From positions 5,790,001 through 5,822,000 of the forward strand of contig NC_010628.1 in NCBI RefSeq assembly GCF_000020025.1: DNA of 32,000 bases. The letters are read 5' to 3'. Positions within the stretch are counted from its first letter, which is position 1; each line of letters starts with the position of its first letter. This DNA comes from Nostoc punctiforme PCC 73102 (lineage in GTDB: Bacteria > Cyanobacteriota > Cyanobacteriia > Cyanobacteriales > Nostocaceae). Shown piece after piece: positions 25,859 through 32,000 of the stretch. Both the position numbers and the translations under genes were made by a program. The notes under the pieces were generated by a model. The model was not told where the DNA came from, made no database searches, and saw only the letters and a program-made list of their open reading frames with translations.

Positions 25859-26281
25859 ATGGAAACGAGCCGCAGAGGCGCAGAGAACGCGGAGGGAAGA
25901 GAGTTAGGAGAGGAAATGAATCGGCTTACGGGCGAGGTGATTGGGGCGGCGATTGAGGTGCATAGGGTGTTGGGGCCAGGGTTTTTGGAGGAGGTGTATA
26001 AGGAAGCGTTGATTATAGAATTTTTCAGGTGCGGGATACCCCATCTGGTTGAGAAGTCGGTAACAGTAAATTACAAAGGACATGAAGTAGCCAAGGGAAG
26101 ATTAGATTTTCTGGTTGCCAATTGTTTAATTGTGGAATTAAAAGCTGTTCAAAATTTAGCCCCAATCCACGAAGCTCAAGTCCTCTCATACCTTAAAATG
26201 ACTAATTACCCCTTAACCCTTCTCATCAACTTTAACGTCCCCCTCCTCAAAGACGGCATCAAACGCATCATCCTCTCTTAA
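25859..26281 (+). CDS. GxxExxY protein (PD-(D/E)xK nuclease superfamily)
   Basis: It reads IGAAIEVHRVLGPGFLEEVYKEAL (the G-x-x-E-x-x-Y motif), then LDFLVANCLIVELKAV and AQVLSYLK. The start is ATG 25859 or ATG 25916. The track start at 25715 overlaps valS and is unlikely. Confidence 0.85.
   Translation: METSRRGAENAEGRELGEEMNRLTGEVIGAAIEVHRVLGPGFLEEVYKEALIIEFFRCGIPHLVEKSVTVNYKGHEVAKGRLDFLVANCLIVELKAVQNLAPIHEAQVLSYLKMTNYPLTLLINFNVPLLKDGIKRIILS
25871..25889 (+). repeat. Dispersed motif CCGCAGAGGCGCAGAGAAC (copy 1)
   Basis: The same core CAGAGGCGCAGAG is read at 27642-27672 (same orientation), at 26284-26305 and at 9705-9717 (both inverted). Confidence 0.8.
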
Positions 26282-26283
26282 TC

Positions 26284-26305
26284 TCTCTGCGCCCTCTGCG
26301 GTTCG
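26284..26305 (-). repeat. Dispersed motif, inverted copy (CGAACCGCAGAGGGCGCAGAGA on the minus strand)
   Basis: It starts 3 nt after the GxxExxY stop. It has one extra G relative to copy 1. Confidence 0.8.
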
Positions 26306-26317
26306 TTCCCTAAACCC

Positions 26318-27583
26318 ATGAAACACCAAACAACCTCCCCTTGGACATTCATCCCCACCCTATATTTCACCTCCGGCATACCTTACATCATCATCAACAC
26401 AGTTTCCGTAATCTTTTACAAAAAACTGGGAATAGATAATACTCAAATCGCCTTGTGGACAAGTTTTCTCTATTTACCTTGGGTCATCAAAATGTTTTGG
26501 GCCCCAATTGTCGATACTTACTCTACCAAACGCAAATGGATAATTTACACCCAATTTGCCATGTTCTGCTGCTTGGGTTTGATAGCCATCTCCTTACAAC
26601 TGCCAAATTTCTTTTTCATCTCTCTCACAGCATTAACAATAGGAGCATTTATTTCTGCAACTTATGACATTGCGACAGATGGCTTCTATCTCCTCGTTTT
26701 ATCTCCAGAACAACAAGCCTTCTTTGTTGGTATTCGCTCACTATTTTATCGAATGGCTGTTATCTTCGGTTCAGGAATATTAGTAGTTTTAGCAGGTCAG
26801 CTTGAAGTATCACTTAATAATATTCCTTTAAGTTGGACTCTAGCTATTGGCTTCTCAGCTTTAATTTTGGCAATCCTATTTATTTCTCATCGCCTATTTT
26901 TACCCTTACCTGAATCAGATAACAAACAACAGCTACAGGTTACAGAAAAAATCCCCTTTTTGTCAATCATTAGCTCATATTTTGCTCAAGATAAAATTAT
27001 AAATATTTTAGCATTTATATTGCTTTACAGACTTGGTGAAGCAATGCTTGTCAAAATAGCTTCTTTATTTTTATTGGACAAACCAGAAGTAGGTGGTTTA
27101 GGGCTATCAACGTCAGATGTAGGATTAGTCTACGGTACATTTGGGGTAATCTCCCTAATCTGTGGAGGAATTTTAGGAGGCTTACTAATTTCTAAATATG
27201 GATTAAAAAAATGTCTTTTTCCTATGGCTTTAGCTTTGAATTTACCTGATATATTTTATGTGTATATGGCTTACACAAAGCCTTCACTCACATTAGTCTA
27301 TCCCTTGGTTTCCTTGGAACAATTTGGATATGGTTTTGGATTTACAGCTTTTAGTGTTTATTTAATGTATATTTGCCAAGGTGAATATAAAACCTCTCAT
27401 TTTGCCATATCTACTGGCATTATGGCTTTAGGAATGATGTTACCTGGATTAGTTAGCGGTTATTTACAAAAAGAACTTGGCTATCCACTATTTTTTGTCT
27501 TGGTTTGTTTGCTGACTATTCCTGGGATGATTGCTCTATTTTTTATTCCTTTAAAGGAAGAACCGAAGCGTCGCAATAGTTAG
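26318..27583 (+). CDS. MFS transporter, AmpG-like (muropeptide permease family)
   Basis: 421 aa. SGIPYII...LGIDNTQIALWTSFLYLPWVIKMFWAPIVDTYSTKRKWIIYTQ matches the AmpG-family N-terminal pattern (G.P......L.....I...........KF.W.P..D.......R..W...Q). Confidence 0.75.
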   Translation: MKHQTTSPWTFIPTLYFTSGIPYIIINTVSVIFYKKLGIDNTQIALWTSFLYLPWVIKMFWAPIVDTYSTKRKWIIYTQFAMFCCLGLIAISLQLPNFFFISLTALTIGAFISATYDIATDGFYLLVLSPEQQAFFVGIRSLFYRMAVIFGSGILVVLAGQLEVSLNNIPLSWTLAIGFSALILAILFISHRLFLPLPESDNKQQLQVTEKIPFLSIISSYFAQDKIINILAFILLYRLGEAMLVKIASLFLLDKPEVGGLGLSTSDVGLVYGTFGVISLICGGILGGLLISKYGLKKCLFPMALALNLPDIFYVYMAYTKPSLTLVYPLVSLEQFGYGFGFTAFSVYLMYICQGEYKTSHFAISTGIMALGMMLPGLVSGYLQKELGYPLFFVLVCLLTIPGMIALFFIPLKEEPKRRNS

Positions 27584-27641
27584 TATTATTACAACAAATT
27601 TATAGCAATTTCAAATGAGTTATAAAAAATAGAATTATAAT

Positions 27642-27672
27642 CGAACCACAGAGGCGCAGAGAACACAGAGAG
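27642..27672 (+). repeat. Dispersed motif, solo copy (CGAACCACAGAGGCGCAGAGAACACAGAGAG)
   Basis: It lies in the intergenic region between the AmpG-like gene and the kinase gene. No credible ORF is attached. Confidence 0.8.
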
Positions 27673-27713
27673 ATAAGAAATATATATTTTGACAGATGAT
27701 TTAGGACTGCTAT

Positions 27714-28670
27714 ATGAGTTATGTTTTGGGGATAGATGGCGGCGGTAGCAAGACTGTTTGTGTCTTGATGGATGATTTGCGTCAAGTACTAGGTCGCGGT
27801 GAAGCAGGCCCATCTAACTATCAGAGTATAGGTATTGAAGCAACTTTACAATCTATTCAATCTGCAATTCACAATGCGGTTGAGGCAGCAATAATTACAA
27901 ATACTGTGAATATTGACGCTATATGTTTGGGTTTATCAGGTGTAGGTCGTGTAACAGATATCGAAGTAGTAAAAGGTTTAGTTAAAGAGTTACAAAATAA
28001 CAAATTGCGTATTAATTGGGTATTAAAACCAGCCAATATTGTAATTTGTAACGACGCTTTGATTGCCTTAGTTGGCGGAATTGGTCATCCTGTAGGAATT
28101 GTGGTTGCAGCAGGTACTGGTTCGATAGTTTTTGGGCGAGATCATGAAGGACAGACCAAACGAGTTGGCGGCTGGGGGTATATTCTAGGAGATGAAGGTA
28201 GCGCCTATAAAATTGCGATCGCAGGCATGAACGCAGCATTAAAATCTTATGATGGACGAGAAATACCAACGAGTTTGGTAGATGGTTTCAAACAGCATCT
28301 TGGTTTGGAAACTATAGAAGATTTAATAGAAGTAATATATCGGCGAGAATGGGGAGTTAAACAGATCGCTGCTTTAGCACCAATTGTAGATTTTGCAGCA
28401 GCGTCAGGTGATATAGTAGCGAATATTATAATTGACGATGCTGTAAAAGAATTAGTAAAAGCTACATCTACAGTAATTGATGCGATTTTTAGTGCTGACT
28501 CAGTTTTAGAAGTAGTCACAACAGGAGGTGTCTGGCGGGGTAGATGCAATATCCATGAAAGATTTGCAGCGTCTCTTGTTAAGAAATTTCCTAATGTAAA
28601 CGTGATTTTTCCAAGGTATGAGCCTGCTTACGGTGCTGGTTTATTAGCGTTGCAGACAACTCAAAATTGA
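27714..28670 (+). CDS. BadF/BadG/BcrA/BcrD-type ATPase, N-acetylglucosamine kinase-like
   Basis: N-terminal LGIDGGGSKTVCVL phosphate-1 motif, AAGTGSIVFG, and GGWGYILGDEGSAYKIA, typical of ASKHA-fold sugar kinases of this family. Confidence 0.85.
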   Translation: MSYVLGIDGGGSKTVCVLMDDLRQVLGRGEAGPSNYQSIGIEATLQSIQSAIHNAVEAAIITNTVNIDAICLGLSGVGRVTDIEVVKGLVKELQNNKLRINWVLKPANIVICNDALIALVGGIGHPVGIVVAAGTGSIVFGRDHEGQTKRVGGWGYILGDEGSAYKIAIAGMNAALKSYDGREIPTSLVDGFKQHLGLETIEDLIEVIYRREWGVKQIAALAPIVDFAAASGDIVANIIIDDAVKELVKATSTVIDAIFSADSVLEVVTTGGVWRGRCNIHERFAASLVKKFPNVNVIFPRYEPAYGAGLLALQTTQN

Positions 28671-28696
28671 CGCAAAGAAAGCAATAATAGGAGTTT

Positions 28697-29437
28697 TCAG
28701 TCTGCAAATATGCGTCCCAAGAAAGTTACTATTTCAGACCAAGCTGCGGTGGTAGCACTAGAATCATAACGATAACCGTCGTCACGCATGAATGTATGTT
28801 CTGCTTCATACAAGAAAACTTGGTAAGGTATGTTAACATTTTCAACTGCTTTTATTATGGTTTGGCGATCGCTATCTGGTATATGAGGGTCAAGAGTACC
28901 GAACACCATTAGCATCTCACCTTGGATTTCATTTACCCTGTGGATTGTATCGGCTACCTCTTTACCCAGTTTGCCACTGGGAATACCAGTCGGGTAACAG
29001 CAGACACAAGCACGAATTTCGCTTTGAAATGCTGCGCGGAATGCTAGATGTCCACCAATACAAAAGCCTAGAGTGCCTATTTGATTTGGAGAAACTGCAC
29101 TCTCTCCTTTAAGGAATTCAATCACAGCAAGGCAATCGGCATCATAATCAGCTACGGAGGTTCGACGAGCATCGTCATTTCCCCGCATCCTTCCCAGATC
29201 ATCTGGCTCTATTACTAAACCAACTGGCTCTATTCGGTGAAAAATCTCTGGGGCTGCTACTACATAGCCATATCCTGCTAAGTAGTTAGCTAGACGAATC
29301 ATTGGATCGCCTAGCTGATAAATATCACTGTAAAAGACAATACCAGGGTATTTTCCTGCTGCTTTAGGAGCCGCAACATAAACACGCATTAAACTGCCAT
29401 CGACTCTTAACTCAACGTTGCGCTTAGTAATTTGCAC
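28697..29437 (-). CDS. Dienelactone hydrolase family protein
   Basis: 246 aa alpha/beta hydrolase. The nucleophile elbow GFCIGG (Cys type, as in DLH), the PGIVFYSDIYQL region and a C-terminal EHTF histidine are present. Confidence 0.85.
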   Translation of the reverse strand: MQITKRNVELRVDGSLMRVYVAAPKAAGKYPGIVFYSDIYQLGDPMIRLANYLAGYGYVVAAPEIFHRIEPVGLVIEPDDLGRMRGNDDARRTSVADYDADCLAVIEFLKGESAVSPNQIGTLGFCIGGHLAFRAAFQSEIRACVCCYPTGIPSGKLGKEVADTIHRVNEIQGEMLMVFGTLDPHIPDSDRQTIIKAVENVNIPYQVFLYEAEHTFMRDDGYRYDSSATTAAWSEIVTFLGRIFAD

Positions 29438-29816
29438 TTTTTTGTCTCCGTGTATATCAATATGGCATCTAGCGATCGCCTTATCGCAATAATCCCCTTA
29501 GAGATGCGTTAGCGTTGTAAGACGAAGTACAGCCCAATGCCATTTCGCGTCTTTAATATTGAACTGGTTGTAGTATTCTTCTACATTTTTCAAAATTTAC
29601 AGAACGAAATTACATTAATTTATTGATGGTAAAAAACATTCTATCTCCGGTATGCACATCTGTGCGTCCATATAAATGTGCTTTTTAAGACTTAAGTATT
29701 TCCAAGGAATAAATTATCCAAATCAACTTACCACAGAGGCAATCGCAGATGATGACTATTGGGAAATTACTAAATAAACAAGGACAGCAAGGAAATCATC
29801 AAGATCCAGAGGTTAG

Positions 29817-31331
29817 CTATTTCTGGCCAATTTCCAACTTCAACTCTTGTAGAAATTCAGTGCTAATGGGTGATGTTGCCAGAATTGGATGTTTAATACC
29901 TCCCCAAATACTTCCAGTGCGGATACGATGGGAAACTAATATTTCAGGAATTTGACTAGAGATTAAGACCTTTGCTGGTGCAAGTTGACCGATGGCTCTA
30001 GCTCTTTTGTAATGATATGATTCTGATAAAGCCAGATCCAATTGTTCGGCAATAATTTCTGGGCTTTCTTTTGCCGAATCTAGTAATAGAATATAGTGTG
30101 GAGGATCGGCAGTGGGCATCAAAGTTTTAAAATTAGTTTCTTGCAAGTTCAACATAGTCAGAGCATTATTTACAAAAGTTTCTTGCAACTTTTCGCCCAC
30201 CAAATCACTAATAGCTTGATGTCGTCCGATAAACTCTAAGCAGGCAGTGTGGCGATAGTAATGAGTTACCCGGATGCGATCGCCAATTCGATAACGATAC
30301 AATCCGCCTTTCTGCGATAAAATGATCGTGTATTCCTTGCCAATGTTGAGTTCATGTAAACCATGCAGGGAACCAGTATCATCCTCGAACTCGAAAAATA
30401 CTTCATCGAGAACTGGCACACATCCCCCAGCGACAATCAAGGGAATCGTCATTGGGGCTTCGGTTGCTAGTAGTCCTTTACCTTGAATTAATACACCTGG
30501 AAATTGCGATCTTAATCCTTGCGCTTGATCTGCTGCATTGGCACTATCCCAGCAAGAAATCAGCTTCAAATTTGGCCAAAGTTGCATCCAGGAAATATTG
30601 CTTTCGCCCAGGTATTGCAAGCGATGATCTGAAATCCGATTGTGTAATTCTGTTCGCAATAAATCCTGATTTTCTTGAATATATTTTAAATGTACTTGGA
30701 GAAAGCTAGGGCTCCAAATAGAAATAATTTCTAATTTTTCAGCCTCTAATAATGCCAAAGCCAGTTGATGTTTAAACAAGTTCGCGTCATGCAGCCGATT
30801 AAGTTTATTTGGCATCACCAACCAAGGACGCAAAAACCAACGCAACCAGCCATCTAAGTAATCTAAATCATCCTGTAAATTTTGGCTATCAGCTAAATTT
30901 AATTGCGGCGAGATACAAGCATAAAGTTTGCCTGTGGAAAATTTCGGCCCATGTACAATCAAATCATGCGCCCATACACAAAACATCTGATTAAACGATC
31001 GCCGCAAAGATTGAGTATAAGGAATCCATTTTACTGCCCCACTACTGCCAGAGGTTTTTTCATAGAATAAAATGGGTTCGGGAGTGAGGGAAATTTGCTG
31101 CTGTTTCTGATTTAACCAGGGTTCGAGCGCATCATAATCTACAGTTGGCACACGCTGCCAATCATCTACAGAATGAATCCCCAAAGTTTTACCATACTCA
31201 CTCTTGATTAGGCGATCGCAAATTTCCTTCTGTACAGATGTCTGCATTAACTCTGGGTTATCCAAAGCTTGATAAAATCGCCTCGCCGTTGGCGCGAGGA
31301 TTTGCCCAAAAAGCTGAATAATCGGACGCAT
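29817..31331 (-). CDS. GH3 family protein (adenylate-forming acyl-acid amido synthetase-like)
   Basis: 504 aa. FYEKTSGSSGAVKWIPYT matches the GH3 (S/T)SGT(S/T) nucleotide-binding motif region, followed by LYRYRIGDRIRV. The length and layout are typical of bacterial GH3 proteins. Confidence 0.8.
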   Translation of the reverse strand: MRPIIQLFGQILAPTARRFYQALDNPELMQTSVQKEICDRLIKSEYGKTLGIHSVDDWQRVPTVDYDALEPWLNQKQQQISLTPEPILFYEKTSGSSGAVKWIPYTQSLRRSFNQMFCVWAHDLIVHGPKFSTGKLYACISPQLNLADSQNLQDDLDYLDGWLRWFLRPWLVMPNKLNRLHDANLFKHQLALALLEAEKLEIISIWSPSFLQVHLKYIQENQDLLRTELHNRISDHRLQYLGESNISWMQLWPNLKLISCWDSANAADQAQGLRSQFPGVLIQGKGLLATEAPMTIPLIVAGGCVPVLDEVFFEFEDDTGSLHGLHELNIGKEYTIILSQKGGLYRYRIGDRIRVTHYYRHTACLEFIGRHQAISDLVGEKLQETFVNNALTMLNLQETNFKTLMPTADPPHYILLLDSAKESPEIIAEQLDLALSESYHYKRARAIGQLAPAKVLISSQIPEILVSHRIRTGSIWGGIKHPILATSPISTEFLQELKLEIGQK

Positions 31332-31939
31332 TATTGCACCTTTTGATTAGGATAAAGATTGGTGGCTGCTGGTAAATAAGAACCATCATCAATGACTACA
31401 CCAGCAGCAAGATTAGATCCAGCTCCCACAAAAACATTGCTGCCAATCTTGACATTTTTGACATACAACATTAAATTTTGCTTGCGGGGTTTAATGATGT
31501 GAGAATAGATACCTACACCATGCCCAATAACGACGCGATCGCCAATTTCTAACAAACTGCGATCGGCAATCTCCAATCTTGTTGTCCAGTATACATCTCG
31601 CCCCACTTTAGCACCCCACAATCGCAACCAGCATGAAAACGCCCCCGGAATCAGTCGCAGCACTGCTTCCAACACCGGAATTGCAATATAAATTACCTGG
31701 ATTTGATGACTACCCCACCAGGGACTATATTCCTTACCTTGTAGATAACTAATGCCCTCCCGCACAGGATAAACCCGTTCATGCAAGCGGTAAACTAGCA
31801 CTGGTAGCCCATAAATAGAAAGGAACACCCCCAGAATGCTGAAGATGTTGGGTGAATAGGCGAGGTAGACTATTGCTGCCCCAGTTAGCAATAATATAAA
31901 GGTGGGAAATAACGAAAGAATTTTACTTAGAACTGTCAT
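31331..31939 (-). CDS. Membrane-anchored hexapeptide-repeat (left-handed beta-helix) acyltransferase
   Basis: Two or three N-terminal hydrophobic helices are followed by hexapeptide repeats (IGDRVV IGHGVG IYSHII ... IGSNVF VGAGSN LAAGVV IDDGSY). Its stop overlaps the GH3 start (TAATG). Confidence 0.75.
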   Translation of the reverse strand: MTVLSKILSLFPTFILLLTGAAIVYLAYSPNIFSILGVFLSIYGLPVLVYRLHERVYPVREGISYLQGKEYSPWWGSHQIQVIYIAIPVLEAVLRLIPGAFSCWLRLWGAKVGRDVYWTTRLEIADRSLLEIGDRVVIGHGVGIYSHIIKPRKQNLMLYVKNVKIGSNVFVGAGSNLAAGVVIDDGSYLPAATNLYPNQKVQ

Positions 31940-32000
31940 GAAAATGGAAACAAAAGTTTTTGAAACAAGTTTAATGAGCTAGGAATTCCGATTATAGACG

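Noticed and set aside
27641-27660. GGTTCGA (minus strand), resembling a tRNA T-arm.
   Set aside because: No acceptor, anticodon or D-arm can be built around it. It is part of the dispersed CGAACCACAGAGGCGCAGAG repeat.
27589-27813. Two overlapping minus-strand ORFs (74 aa and 61 aa) between the AmpG-like gene and the kinase gene.
   Set aside because: They overlap the kinase start and the dispersed repeat. They have no RBS and an implausible composition.
29749-29955. A 68-aa plus-strand ORF overlapping the 3' end of the GH3 gene.
   Set aside because: It is antisense to a conserved CDS for most of its length and has no RBS.

Overview
The window looks like chromosomal DNA from a filamentous, Nostoc/Anabaena-type cyanobacterium. 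This is inferred from many HIP1 octamers (GCGATCGC, e.g. at 4648, 5197, 5728, 7113, 7198), a ValRS carrying a CAAD-type membrane insertion, GTAATGG heptamer runs and G/C-hairpin MITE-like repeats.

Most of the window is ordinary, well-conserved coding sequence:
- a DrrA-type ABC ATPase, ABC-2 permease, MarR and MFS efflux cluster
- recN, an ABC1/UbiB-family kinase, cysC and valS
- an AmpG-like permease plus a BadF-type sugar kinase
- a dienelactone hydrolase
- a GH3-family protein with a membrane hexapeptide acyltransferase

Four regions look accessory or unusual:
1. **1-4650, an AT-rich, HIP1-poor island of decayed and orphan defence genes.** It holds an HsdM-like methyltransferase pseudogene split by a 1001-bp IS flanked by TACTA, and a near-perfect 182-bp tandem duplication. 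It also holds a small operator-RBS-ORF-terminator unit encoding a Gly-Gly-leader-like peptide, and an intact PD-(D/E)xK HsdR-N-type nuclease followed by a HicB-like mini-ORF.
2. **8409-8870, a leaderless protein made of 13-aa GIPTEGSFDPTKY repeats (39-bp DNA period).** Three phased 21-bp direct repeats lie upstream of it.
3. **15482-20275, a 1597-aa modular RTX exoprotein.** It has 7 propeller-like repeats, 3 x 131-aa modules, a cadherin-like domain and 5 x 108-aa RTX modules. No secretion genes lie nearby, and about 1 kb of apparently non-coding DNA lies upstream.
4. **A GxxExxY (PD-(D/E)xK) gene bracketed by inverted copies of a CAGAGGCGCAGAGA motif,** wedged between valS and the AmpG-like gene.

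I found no tRNA, rRNA, CRISPR array or complete known defence system. No single locus can be shown from sequence alone to be a new system. The best candidates are the nuclease/HicB-like/small-peptide island, the repeat peptide and the GH3-acyltransferase pair.
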